This document shows positions 11,231 to 20,825 of a DNA stretch of 64,000 bases, piece by piece. A model generated the notes under the pieces. That model had not been told where the DNA came from. It did no database searches and worked only from the letters and a program-made list of their open reading frames with translations. The translations under genes and the position numbers were made by a program. The stretch comes from Candidatus Bipolaricaulota bacterium (GTDB lineage Bacteria; Patescibacteriota; Patescibacteriia; UBA11705; DATKZF01): the NCBI GenBank assembly GCA_035528115.1, contig DATKZF010000001.1, positions 92,508-156,507 on the forward strand, read 5' to 3'. How positions within the stretch are numbered: position 1 is the first letter of the stretch; each line of letters begins with the position of its first letter.

Positions 11231-12895
11231 ATGCCTACATTAAATTGGATTGGAAAAGACGCAGTAATAAACCACGACAAAGAGGTTCCTTTTCGATTAC
11301 TCAAAAAAGTTAAGTCCGCTTCCGTAGGCAATTCTCAAAATCTCATTTTGCATGGCGACAATCTACATGCCTTGAAGGCTTTAATGCCATATTACACAGG
11401 TAAAATTGAGTGTATATATATTGATCCACCGTACAACACTGGGTCTGAAAAGTGGGTTTATAATGATAAAGTAAATTCACCCAAAATTAGAAGGTGGTTA
11501 AAAAAGATAGTAGATAGAGATGATCTTTGCAAACACGACAAATGGCTTTGCATGTTGTATCCAAGGTTGAAGCTTCTAAAAGATTTACTAAGTCAAGACG
11601 GTATTATTTTTATTAGCATTGACGATAATGAGTTCGCTCAACTTAAATTACTTTGTGATGAAATTTTTGGAGAATCAAATTTTATTTCGATGTTATCAAT
11701 TGAAAACAATCCTAAAGGTAGAAAAAATTCGGCTTTTATTTCTGTCAGTAATGAATATTGTTTAATATATGCCAAGGATAAAAATATTAGCTATTTTGTA
11801 GAAAATATTCCTAAAGGAGCAAAAGATTTAGCGCTTGATGAAAATGGAGTTTATGTACACAACAGTGGGAAAAGAGTGCTTGTAGGAGAAAACAAATTTA
11901 ATCCCGTTGTTGAAAATTTTGAATCGAGTAAACACTATAGCGTCTATTACAACAAATCCAAAAATGAAATAATCACCGTGAAAGAGAGATCTATTCATGA
12001 TAAAAATACAGATTTACTAAATAAAGGTTACAAAAGATATTATTCATATTTTGAAGATAAATTTGTTTTAAATACCTATACAGCGTCAAAAATTAAGCAA
12101 CTTTTTGAAAATGATGCTCTGGATTTTAAAAACGGAAAAATATATGAAAAGAACTTTAGTACAAAAATTAGGATTAAAAGCCTAGTTACCAATAGTAAAT
12201 ATGTAGCAGTTATAGACAACGAAAAAAAGGAATACCAAATAGATGTTAAAACTACTTCGGCAGGTACTGAATTAAAAAATCTTTTTGGCGCTAAAAAAAT
12301 CCCCTTCGATAACCCAAAAAATATAGGCCTGATTAAACTATTAGTTACTTTGTTTGAAAGAAAGGACATAACAATCCTTGATTCTTTTGCTGGCTCCGGC
12401 ACAACAGGTCACGCCGTTTTGGACTTAAACAAAGAAGATGAAGGAAATCGCAAATTCATCCTCGTTGAAATGGAGGACAATGTTGCCAAAGATATTACGG
12501 CGGAACGAGTAAAACGAGCGATCAAAAAATACGATTATAAAGACGGCTTCGAATATTGCGAACTCAGCAAACCACTTTTTGATGAAGAAGGCCAAATTGA
12601 GGACACTTGCGACTTTGACCAATTCGCAACCTACATTTACTTTACTGAAACGCAAACCAACATAGACCCTGCCAATGTATCGGGAAATTTTATCGGCGAA
12701 TACGCAGAAACCGAGTATTATTTGATATACAAAGAGAAGGGCGAAAATGTATTGAGTAAATCTTTTCTGAAAAAATTACGAAAAACCGACGGTACAAAAA
12801 TAATTTACGCCGACAAATGCTTGCTTGATGAGGCAACACTTGAGAGCCACAACATCATCTTCAAACAAATTCCTTACGAAGTTAAAGTTTACTAA
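11231..12895 (+). CDS. mod: Type III restriction-modification methyltransferase (Mod)
   Basis: MPTLNWIGK N-terminus, GDNL, IYIDPPYNTG (motif IV), LDSFAGSGTT (motif I); AT-rich central target-recognition region. Confidence 0.9.
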   Translation: MPTLNWIGKDAVINHDKEVPFRLLKKVKSASVGNSQNLILHGDNLHALKALMPYYTGKIECIYIDPPYNTGSEKWVYNDKVNSPKIRRWLKKIVDRDDLCKHDKWLCMLYPRLKLLKDLLSQDGIIFISIDDNEFAQLKLLCDEIFGESNFISMLSIENNPKGRKNSAFISVSNEYCLIYAKDKNISYFVENIPKGAKDLALDENGVYVHNSGKRVLVGENKFNPVVENFESSKHYSVYYNKSKNEIITVKERSIHDKNTDLLNKGYKRYYSYFEDKFVLNTYTASKIKQLFENDALDFKNGKIYEKNFSTKIRIKSLVTNSKYVAVIDNEKKEYQIDVKTTSAGTELKNLFGAKKIPFDNPKNIGLIKLLVTLFERKDITILDSFAGSGTTGHAVLDLNKEDEGNRKFILVEMEDNVAKDITAERVKRAIKKYDYKDGFEYCELSKPLFDEEGQIEDTCDFDQFATYIYFTETQTNIDPANVSGNFIGEYAETEYYLIYKEKGENVLSKSFLKKLRKTDGTKIIYADKCLLDEATLESHNIIFKQIPYEVKVY

Positions 12896-12897
12896 TT

Positions 12898-15168
12898 ATG
12901 GAACTCAAAAAATATCAACAATCAGCGCTAGACAAGCTCAAAGCCTACCTCAAAGGCATAGAGGCCGTCGGGCCAAAATATGCTTTCATGGGTGAAACCG
13001 ACCGACCGTATCACGGCGACTTTTTCGGTGATGTGCCTTTCGTTTGTGTAAAAATCCCGACTGGCGGAGGAAAAACGCTTGTCGGCTGTCATGCTATCAA
13101 CGAAATCATGCGCTCTTTCCTCAAGCACAAAATGGATAGAGGAATTGTGATGTGGTTTGTGCCGTCCGAGGCTATCAAATCCCAAACACTCAAAAAATTT
13201 AAAGACCGCAACGACTGGCACAGGCAGGTTTTGGACGAGGCATTTCAAAACAGCGTGCGTATTTTTTCAAACGAGGAAGCATTGCGAATCAGAAAAGAGG
13301 ATGTTCAGGACAATCTTTGCATTATCATTTCCAGTTTGGAGGCTTTCCGAAAAGAAAAAACGCTCCAAAAGAAATACAAGGTTTATCAAGAAAATGGCGC
13401 ACTATTGAGCCATTTTGAAAATCTTGATGACCGAGACGACCTAGAAAAAGACGAGGAAGGCACAATTATTAATTCCCTCGCAAATGTCGTCCGCATGAGC
13501 AACCCGCTTGTGGTGATTGATGAAGGTCACAAAACAAAGACCGAGCTTTCAATGGATTTTCTCAATAGTCTGAATCCAAGTTTTATAATTGAATACACTG
13601 CAACACCACGCTCCGGCAGTAATATTTTAGTGGATATTTCCCCCGCTGAACTCAAAGACGAGCAGATGGTGAAAATTCCACTTGTACTTGAAAGCTCCGC
13701 CCAATGGCAAAACGCCGTTGCCCGCGGTCTTGAGAAGCGAGCCGAAATTGAAAAAGAAGGTAAGAAAAATACAGGCGAATATATCCGTCCAATTGCCCTA
13801 ATCCAAGCCCAGCCAAAAAGCAAAACGCAAAACAACGTAACTGTTGATCAAATCAAGGAATATTTACTTTCCGCCAAAATTTCCGAAGAAGAAATTGCGA
13901 TCAAAACATCCGACCGAAACGATTTAGAGGGCGTTGATTTATTTAGCAAGAAATGTAAAATCCGCTACATAATAACCGTTAGTGCGCTCGCCGAAGGATG
14001 GGACTGTTCTTTTGCCTATGTTCTCATTTCCGTTGCCAATGTCGGCGCAAAAATAGCCGTTGAACAGATCATCGGACGCATTATCCGTATGCCGTATGCC
14101 AAACGAAAGAAAAACGAGGCATTAAACCGCTCTTACATTTTCGCCTCCGCCAAAAACTTCAATGAGGCAGCCAGCAACATCATTTCAGGACTAGAAAGAA
14201 ACGGCTACAGCAAACTGGACTTGATCGGCGCTTCATCAAACGGCGATACCGCAAAAGACCCGAAAGAAGTAAACCGAGCCGTGAAAAAGAATTTTGCCGT
14301 TCCGATGATGAGCTTGGAGGATGAAAAACTGACCTTTGAAGAACTGATCGGCGAAGATTTTGAGCTGGCCAAACAAAACGCTGAGTTTGATTTTGAAATT
14401 CATTATGATAATGACGGCAGAGCGATTATCGATATTCAAGCCGACAAATGGATTAAGGGCGCTCAACAATTCTTAAAGCTCACCTATAAAGATAAAAACT
14501 TCTCAAAAAAGGAACTAGTGCAATGGTTAGACAAAAAGCTACGCTACACCCTCCTGGCTCAACCTGATAAAGTAAATTTTATTGATAACGCTTTGGAATA
14601 TCAACTAAAGAAAAAATCATTGATTGAATTGTCAGTTAATCGCTATGTTTTACTTAATAAGCTCGGCGAGGTAATAGATGGCATTTTGGAAGCACACAGT
14701 AAAACTCAGTTTGATAAAGCATTGTCTGCCAAAAAAATTACTGTTAAACCGTTTGATAAATATCCCGAGACAATTATTTTGGATCAGGAAATGCCTCAAG
14801 AATTCAACAAATCATACTATGAAAAAGTTGGTAAATTGAATAAAGAAGAATTGAATTTGATTGACCGGCTGGATTTAGAGACTTTACCGAACATTGATTT
14901 TTGGATACGCAATAGAGAAAAGACTGATCCGTTCTATATTATTGGTTGGAAGAAAAATAAATTTTATCCCGATTTTGTCGTCTATACAAAAAAAGGCAAT
15001 ATTATTGCGTTAGAGTGGAAAGGCGAAGATCGGGTTAGCAACAAGGATACAGAATACAAAGTTGATATTAGTAACAAATGGGCAGCACTCGCTAAGGGCA
15101 AACTGCATTTCTTCTTGGTTCATATTGGGAATATTGAAGATGTGTTGAACAGCCTAAGAGGACTTTAA
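12898..15168 (+). CDS. res: Type III restriction endonuclease (Res), SF2 helicase plus PD-(D/E)XK nuclease
   Basis: IPTGGGKT, IDEGH, YTAT, EGWD, QIIGRIIRMP; C-terminal FYPDF..LEWKG. Confidence 0.88.
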   Translation: MELKKYQQSALDKLKAYLKGIEAVGPKYAFMGETDRPYHGDFFGDVPFVCVKIPTGGGKTLVGCHAINEIMRSFLKHKMDRGIVMWFVPSEAIKSQTLKKFKDRNDWHRQVLDEAFQNSVRIFSNEEALRIRKEDVQDNLCIIISSLEAFRKEKTLQKKYKVYQENGALLSHFENLDDRDDLEKDEEGTIINSLANVVRMSNPLVVIDEGHKTKTELSMDFLNSLNPSFIIEYTATPRSGSNILVDISPAELKDEQMVKIPLVLESSAQWQNAVARGLEKRAEIEKEGKKNTGEYIRPIALIQAQPKSKTQNNVTVDQIKEYLLSAKISEEEIAIKTSDRNDLEGVDLFSKKCKIRYIITVSALAEGWDCSFAYVLISVANVGAKIAVEQIIGRIIRMPYAKRKKNEALNRSYIFASAKNFNEAASNIISGLERNGYSKLDLIGASSNGDTAKDPKEVNRAVKKNFAVPMMSLEDEKLTFEELIGEDFELAKQNAEFDFEIHYDNDGRAIIDIQADKWIKGAQQFLKLTYKDKNFSKKELVQWLDKKLRYTLLAQPDKVNFIDNALEYQLKKKSLIELSVNRYVLLNKLGEVIDGILEAHSKTQFDKALSAKKITVKPFDKYPETIILDQEMPQEFNKSYYEKVGKLNKEELNLIDRLDLETLPNIDFWIRNREKTDPFYIIGWKKNKFYPDFVVYTKKGNIIALEWKGEDRVSNKDTEYKVDISNKWAALAKGKLHFFLVHIGNIEDVLNSLRGL

Positions 15169-15214
15169 AATATTTAAGTAGCATTAAAAATGACGGAAAA
15201 TAATATAAATTAAA

Positions 15215-16114
15215 ATGAGTGAAGAATTTACTAAAATAACTATAGACGAATTAATCGGCCCACCTATAGATATTTCTAAACTTGATGTGAGTTCTAAGTC
15301 AGCTTTATCAAAAGCCGCATTTGATTTATATAGAGAAACTGCAATGGTTGCTGTATTGGCATCCCATTTATATGAGTCTTATCAGCCAGAAAGAAGTGCA
15401 TTACCACGTGATCAGGCAATAGGTATTGGCCTAATCGTGAGGATATCAAAATTTATGTCATCGGTTTTAGCACTTTTGTGTGACAAAGAAAGAGAGCACG
15501 GCGAAGTCATAATGAGTTTGAATAGGTGTATTATTGAATCAGCAATAAACTTAAAATTTTTTTGCGAAGAAGCATTAGAACTGGATTTTGAAGAATTTGT
15601 TAAATCAAGTCTTAAACCAGAAAAGGAGGCATATGATTCAATTCAGAAAAATATTAGCAAAAGAGGATCGACATTACCAATTGAAAAAAGAATGCTCAAC
15701 TCAATTAACCTAACCTTTCGTACTTCTGGGATAAAAGAAGTAAGCGAGCTTACATCGATTCCCAAAAGGAAGAATTACAAAGATATTCTTACTATAATGG
15801 GGATGGAGTCATTCTATCCGTTTTTCCAAGGAATTCCATCCCACGCTATACATGGCACTTGGGTGGATCTTATACTTCACCACTTAGAAAAAACAGATGA
15901 CGGTTTTAGGCCTAAACCAGAGCCTACTGTTACAGACGCACGTTTACTGTGTCCCATTAACCTCATAATTCTAACGGCCATACAATCTTATATCAAAAAA
16001 TATTTTATACATGATAGTGAAGTGTTTGTGGCTCTCGTGGATAGAATTAGTGGACTACTAGAACTTAATAATAAAGTTGATACTGCTCACGAAGAGAGCA
16101 TTTCCAATAAATAA
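15215..16114 (+). CDS. Hypothetical protein, DUF5677/HEPN-like
   Basis: Helical protein with RCIIESAINL and PSHAIHG motifs; AT-rich; inside the RM island. Confidence 0.55.
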   Translation: MSEEFTKITIDELIGPPIDISKLDVSSKSALSKAAFDLYRETAMVAVLASHLYESYQPERSALPRDQAIGIGLIVRISKFMSSVLALLCDKEREHGEVIMSLNRCIIESAINLKFFCEEALELDFEEFVKSSLKPEKEAYDSIQKNISKRGSTLPIEKRMLNSINLTFRTSGIKEVSELTSIPKRKNYKDILTIMGMESFYPFFQGIPSHAIHGTWVDLILHHLEKTDDGFRPKPEPTVTDARLLCPINLIILTAIQSYIKKYFIHDSEVFVALVDRISGLLELNNKVDTAHEESISNK

Positions 16115-16177
16115 ATGGCTACAGGGGGCATTCACCCCTTTTATTCCCCTCTGCCCTCCGCCCAAAAGCTAAAAAAA

Positions 16178-16205
16178 TGAGTTTTGGGAGGGGAAAGGGT
16201 AAAAT
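16178..16205 (+). repeat. 28-bp direct repeat, right boundary of the RM island (3' arm of an imperfect hairpin at ~16139-16205)
   Basis: Identical to 11023-11050; preceded by the complementary TTTTATTCCCC..CCCTCCGCCCAAAA. Confidence 0.9.
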
Positions 16206-16237
16206 GCAGTTAGCTGAAATTCCAAAATTTCAATAAT

Positions 16238-16579
16238 ATGCTCATAAAAAAAACAGAAGCTAAAAAATTTGAAAATTCCAAAGACTGCGCGGTTTGGGAA
16301 TATGAATTTCCAAGTAAAGATTTCAGCTATGCGACCGCTTTGATCAATGGTCGCTATCCGGAACGGAAAAGAGTAACAAATTTGGAATGTGAAGAAATAT
16401 ATTTTGCTATCTCCGGTTCCGGAATCATTCATTCTGAAAAAGGAGATTTTAAAATTAATGAAGGCGATTTATACTTCTTTGAAAAAAGCGAAGTTTATTG
16501 GGTGGAAGGAAGTCAATTATTGTTAGCATTGGTAAATGCGCCCAAATGGACGCCTGAACAACATAAGATTGTTGACTAA
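16238..16579 (+). CDS. Cupin domain protein
   Basis: EEIYFAISGSG..INEGDLYF cupin signature. Confidence 0.75.
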   Translation: MLIKKTEAKKFENSKDCAVWEYEFPSKDFSYATALINGRYPERKRVTNLECEEIYFAISGSGIIHSEKGDFKINEGDLYFFEKSEVYWVEGSQLLLALVNAPKWTPEQHKIVD

Positions 16580-16653
16580 GTGAGTGACTTGTTTAGGGAT
16601 CATGGAGTTTGAATTTCAGGCGAAAAAAAGGTAAAATGACTATATAAAATAAT

Positions 16654-17214
16654 ATGAAAACCTGCGGCAATTTCAATTTTATCGAAACCGAGCTCAAAGA
16701 CGTTTTTATTATCGAACCTAAAGTTTTCGGAGATGAGAGGGGATTCTTTTTGGAAACGTATAATGAAACCGCTTTTAAGGAATTCGGCCTGGACTTGAGA
16801 TTCGTTCAAGACAACCATTCGAAATCGCAAAAGGGCGTGTTGCGCGGTTTTCATTTTCAAAAAAAACACCCCCAAGGAAAACTGATCAGAGTCACGGCCG
16901 GAGCGGTTTTGGACGCGGCAATTGATATGAGAAAATCGTCTCCGACTTTCGGCCAAGCGCAAGCATTCGAATTATCAGCGGCCAACAAAAAAATGCTGTG
17001 GATTCCCAAGGGATTCGGTCATGCTTTTTTAAGCCTTGAGGATGATACCGGGTTTATGTACAAATGCACTGATTTATATCATGTTGAAGACGAGGGAGGA
17101 ATTATTTGGAATGATCCCAAAGTTAAAATCGATTGGGGCGTTTTGGCGCCGTTGGTTTCGGACAAGGATCAAAAGTGGCCGCGATTTGAAGAATCGGATT
17201 TTTATTTCGAATAA
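16654..17214 (+). CDS. rfbC: dTDP-4-dehydrorhamnose 3,5-epimerase
   Basis: FGDERGFFLE, QDNHSKS, GVLRGFHFQ, IPKGFGHAF. Confidence 0.95.
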   Translation: MKTCGNFNFIETELKDVFIIEPKVFGDERGFFLETYNETAFKEFGLDLRFVQDNHSKSQKGVLRGFHFQKKHPQGKLIRVTAGAVLDAAIDMRKSSPTFGQAQAFELSAANKKMLWIPKGFGHAFLSLEDDTGFMYKCTDLYHVEDEGGIIWNDPKVKIDWGVLAPLVSDKDQKWPRFEESDFYFE

Positions 17215-17226
17215 TTTTAAAAAAAT

Positions 17227-17454
17227 ATGTCGCCATCTGTCTTAAAATGTTCGGTTTGCGGCAGTGATCAACTTTTTATGTCAAAATTGCAAGCCGGATT
17301 CTCGGGCGCGCACGGTTTTTCGCTGGAACCTGACAGAAAAACCTGGAATAAAAAAGGCGTAAAGCCGCAAACGTGGGTGTGCGAAGATTGCGGTCAGGTG
17401 ATTTTTTTCATCGCGCCTCATGAAAAGGACAATATTTTCAGATTTACCAAATGA
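17227..17454 (+). CDS. Small zinc-ribbon protein
   Basis: CSVC...CEDCG, 75 aa. Confidence 0.65.
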   Translation: MSPSVLKCSVCGSDQLFMSKLQAGFSGAHGFSLEPDRKTWNKKGVKPQTWVCEDCGQVIFFIAPHEKDNIFRFTK

Positions 17455-17460
17455 AGCGGA

Positions 17461-17594
17461 GTTACGAATTACAAGATTCTAGTTGGATTTTAGGTAATTT
17501 GTTACTAATTACAAGATTCTTAGGCATAAAGCTATAAGTTCATGTATTTCGTAACAACCGCTTGGAAGCTAAATAGAAGAATGTAATTCGTAAC
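17461..17594 (+). repeat. 134-bp nested-palindrome element, copy 1
   Basis: GTTACGAATTACA-27-GTTACTAATTACA-29-TGTATTTCGTAAC-26-TGTAATTCGTAAC. Confidence 0.9.
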
Positions 17595-17661
17595 AGTAAT
17601 ATCCACTTTTGAGGACATAAATATTTTTTTATGTCTTTTTTTGTGCTATAATTTTAACAAT

Positions 17662-17787
17662 ATGAAAGAAAAAACCTTTTTAACGATAGTTGTTATCGTG
17701 ATTTTAATTGTTGTTTTTTTTGGTTATTTATATCTAAAAAACGGTTTGAGTAGCGCGGCTTTGGAAATACCCATGCCGAGCAGATAA
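17662..17787 (+). CDS. 41-aa single-TM micro-protein (not in the ORF track)
   Basis: MKEKTFLTIVVIVILIVVFFGYLYLKNGLSSAALEIPMPSR. TGCTATAAT -10 just upstream; stop is 4 nt before the next ATG. Confidence 0.6.
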   Translation: MKEKTFLTIVVIVILIVVFFGYLYLKNGLSSAALEIPMPSR

Positions 17788-17791
17788 AATT

Positions 17792-18628
17792 ATGAGCAAA
17801 ACAAAAAACGGCAAAGCCAAGCTATCGGCTTTGTGGCAGACTTTATTAACCTTTGCCTTGGCGCAAGTGGTGTCTCTTGTTACAGCCATTGTTATTTGGC
17901 AAGAACAAGACTTCACTCCAATAACCATGCCCGTTCCTTGGTACACTTTCGTTTTGTCTTTTTCGATTGCCACACTTTTCGTGCTTTTGGCCATAAAATA
18001 CCTTAAAGGCGGCAGGTTCTTCATCTTGTTTTTTTACTTACTGGTGGCCATCGGAGCCATGGAAGTTTTTAGCTCCTTTTTGATTTCCGAATTGGCTTTG
18101 CTGTGCGTTTTAATAATTTTGATAATCAGATTGTCAGCCCCCAGCATTTGGATTCATAATCTCGCCATTATTGTGGGCTTGGCCGGAATTTCAGCTTCGA
18201 TCGGCAAGGATTTGACGCCAATGGGAGTCATCGTGATTTTGATTGTCTTATCGGTTTACGATTACATCGCCGTATATAAAACTAAAACGATGGTAAAAAT
18301 GTTCAAAGGGCTTTTATCCAGAGGCGTGATATTTTCAATTATCATTCCCGAGCATGTTAAAAATTGGACAGTGCCCTTGCAGAAGGTCAGGCAAGGTGAA
18401 GGCTTTATGTTTTTGGGCACCGGAGATATTGCTTTGCCCATGATTTTCGCGGCCAGCGTCTTGCCGGAAGGCCTGATAGCTTCCTTGGGCGTGATCATCG
18501 GTTCGCTTGTCGGAGTTTTGTGCATCCACTTGATTTTCAACATACAAAAGAAACGCGCGCCCATGCCAGCTCTGCCTCCGATAGCGTTCTTTTCGATTTT
18601 GGGATATCTAATTTCCATGTTTATATAA
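17792..18628 (+). CDS. Presenilin/signal-peptide-peptidase family (A22) intramembrane aspartyl protease
   Basis: Multi-TM; catalytic YD (LSVYDYIAV), GxGD (FLGTGDIA) and PAL (PMPALPP) motifs in order. Confidence 0.88.
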   Translation: MSKTKNGKAKLSALWQTLLTFALAQVVSLVTAIVIWQEQDFTPITMPVPWYTFVLSFSIATLFVLLAIKYLKGGRFFILFFYLLVAIGAMEVFSSFLISELALLCVLIILIIRLSAPSIWIHNLAIIVGLAGISASIGKDLTPMGVIVILIVLSVYDYIAVYKTKTMVKMFKGLLSRGVIFSIIIPEHVKNWTVPLQKVRQGEGFMFLGTGDIALPMIFAASVLPEGLIASLGVIIGSLVGVLCIHLIFNIQKKRAPMPALPPIAFFSILGYLISMFI

Positions 18629-18631
18629 CTT

Positions 18632-19522
18632 ATGTGGGTATTTTTAGCGATACTTGGTTATTTGTTTTTTTCGATCGGAAATATTATAGATAAACTTGTT
18701 TTGACAAAGATAAAGAGAGCCACGGAATACGCTTTGTCGGTGGGAGTTTTCGGCAGTCTCGGCCTGTTGTTTGTTTTTTTCGGATTTGTTTGGCCGAGCG
18801 AACCCATAATTTTACTGGGTATTTTGGTCGGAGCCTTATACATTTTCGCGTTAATACCTTATTACAAAGCGATTCAACTGGGCCAGGCCAGCAGGGTGGC
18901 CTCGTTCATCGGCGGCTTGATACCGGTGGTTGTTTTAATCTTAACTACGCTGAGCGGCCTTGAACTTCTGACAACCAGGCAGTATTTCGCCTTTTTCTTG
19001 ATTTTGGGAGGCAGTTTCTTGATCTTTTACCATTTGCCGCGAGGCAAAAAATCCAAAACTTCGATTCTGTGGGCGCTGCTTAGCGCGACGGCTCTTGGTT
19101 GCTTTTATTTTTTGTCCAAATTTATTTTTCTTGAAACGGGGTTTGTTTCGGGCTTTGTGATCATGAGAGTCGGAGGAATATTGGCCAGCGTGTCGCTAAT
19201 GTTCTTTCCGCATGTGTTGTCCGATATTTTAAAGGATTATAAAAACAGAAGACGTGAGACCACCAAAGACAAAGCCTTTCTGGTTTTATTGGCGCAATCT
19301 TTGGCCGCGGCCGGATTCGTTTCGGTCAGTTATGCCGTAGCCATCGGCAAGGTCGCCTTGGTTAATGCCATGGCCGGAGCGCAATATGTGTTTTTGTTGA
19401 TCTTGGCGGTTTTATTGGCTAAAAAATTCCCGCAATTAAAAGAACAGGTCGGCAAGGAAGTCGTTATTCAAAAAATAATCGCCATAGTCATAATCATTAC
19501 CGGATTGATTCTAATCATTTGA
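18632..19522 (+). CDS. EamA/DMT family transporter
   Basis: About 10 TM segments in two repeats. Confidence 0.75.
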   Translation: MWVFLAILGYLFFSIGNIIDKLVLTKIKRATEYALSVGVFGSLGLLFVFFGFVWPSEPIILLGILVGALYIFALIPYYKAIQLGQASRVASFIGGLIPVVVLILTTLSGLELLTTRQYFAFFLILGGSFLIFYHLPRGKKSKTSILWALLSATALGCFYFLSKFIFLETGFVSGFVIMRVGGILASVSLMFFPHVLSDILKDYKNRRRETTKDKAFLVLLAQSLAAAGFVSVSYAVAIGKVALVNAMAGAQYVFLLILAVLLAKKFPQLKEQVGKEVVIQKIIAIVIIITGLILII

Positions 19523-19523
19523 T

Positions 19524-20555
19524 ATGGAAAATTCGCAAATCGAACAAAAAAAAGGCCATGGAAAAATAAAATGCGTTTTTATCGTTATCTTAATGCTGGC
19601 GGCTTTGTTGGCCGGCGTGTTGTTTTTTCTTTACACCTTGATTCCGCCAAAGTCCGCCAATGACAACCCTGCTTGGGGCGTGACATATTCTCCCAGATTC
19701 GCCAGAGAACTGGGACTTGATTGGCAAAAAACCTATCTTGATATTTTGGACAATTTGAATTTCAAAAACATCAGACTGGCCGCTTATTGGGATGAAATCG
19801 AACCTGATATCGATGATTATGATTTTAATGATCTGGATTGGATGATTGATGAAGCGTCAAAAAGAAACGTTGACGTGATTTTGGTTTTCGGCAAAAAAGT
19901 TTTGCGTTGGCCCGAGTGTTATGAGCCTCGATGGACCAATACGATCAGCAATGATGAGAAAACGGTCCAGCTTTTGGAAATGGTAGATTTGATTGTAAAT
20001 CGCTACAAAGACAATGAACATATTATCATGTGGCAGGTGGAAAACGAGGTTTTCTTTCCTTTCGGCACTTGTCAAAAGCCTCAGCCAAATGTTTTCGAAA
20101 AAGAAATAGCTTTGGTGAAATCATTGGACGATCGGCCGATAATGCTGACCGATTCCGGGGAATTGAGCACTTGGAGAAAAATTTGCTCACGCGCCGATGT
20201 TTTGGGAATTACCATGTACAGAGATGTCGCCACGCCCATGACCGGCGATTTTCATTGGCCTCTGCCGCCCGAATGGTATTCGAAGCGAGCTTGGTTGGCT
20301 GAAAAAAAAGTCGATAAGGTTATAGTGGCTGAAATGCAAATGGAGCCTTGGTTTAATGTGCCGTTTAACAGCGTGTCCGTATCCGAACAAAGAAATAAAT
20401 TTGATGTGGAATTGTTTAACGATAATATCGATTTTGCCATGAAAGCGGGTTTTGAATCTTATTATTTATGGGGAGTGGAGTGGTGGTATTATATGAATGA
20501 GTACGGGTATTCCGAATATCTTGAAGCGGCGAAAAAGCTTACTCCGTTAAATTGA
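19524..20555 (+). CDS. Membrane-anchored clan GH-A glycoside hydrolase (GH5/GH42-like)
   Basis: IRLAAYWDEIEP, acid/base WQVENE, nucleophile-like VAEMQ, LWGVEWWY; N-terminal TM. Confidence 0.75.
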   Translation: MENSQIEQKKGHGKIKCVFIVILMLAALLAGVLFFLYTLIPPKSANDNPAWGVTYSPRFARELGLDWQKTYLDILDNLNFKNIRLAAYWDEIEPDIDDYDFNDLDWMIDEASKRNVDVILVFGKKVLRWPECYEPRWTNTISNDEKTVQLLEMVDLIVNRYKDNEHIIMWQVENEVFFPFGTCQKPQPNVFEKEIALVKSLDDRPIMLTDSGELSTWRKICSRADVLGITMYRDVATPMTGDFHWPLPPEWYSKRAWLAEKKVDKVIVAEMQMEPWFNVPFNSVSVSEQRNKFDVELFNDNIDFAMKAGFESYYLWGVEWWYYMNEYGYSEYLEAAKKLTPLN

Positions 20556-20616
20556 TTTTTTGGTTGACAAAGATGAAAAGATATCTTAATATATTACAAT
20601 AATCAACCGATTTTCT

Positions 20617-20772
20617 ATGAATATTTCATCAAAGAAATGCGCGGTTTGCGGCAAAGAAAGTAATAATCTCATTGAAAAACATGAGCAGGTTTTTTGCGGT
20701 CAGGAATGTTTGAATAAATTCGAAGAGCAACTCAAAGAGCTGGAAGGCATGTCGCTTGACGATTGCTGTTAA
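20617..20772 (+). CDS. 51-aa TRASH/YHS-like metal-binding micro-protein (not in the ORF track)
   Basis: MNISSKKCAVCGKE..FCGQECLNKFE..LDDCC; TTGACA promoter element upstream. Confidence 0.65.
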   Translation: MNISSKKCAVCGKESNNLIEKHEQVFCGQECLNKFEEQLKELEGMSLDDCC

Positions 20773-20825
20773 TTAAAAAATCCGGTCAGCGTGGCTGAAA
20801 CCGGATTCGTGGCGGCTATCGAGCC

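Noticed and set aside
11231-12895. Phase-variable mod (phasevarion)
   Set aside because: No simple-sequence repeat tract seen in or before the ORF.
17461-17594. CRISPR array (20-bp direct repeat at 40-bp period)
   Set aside because: Only two direct units followed by inverted ones; spacers are homologous between loci; no cas genes.
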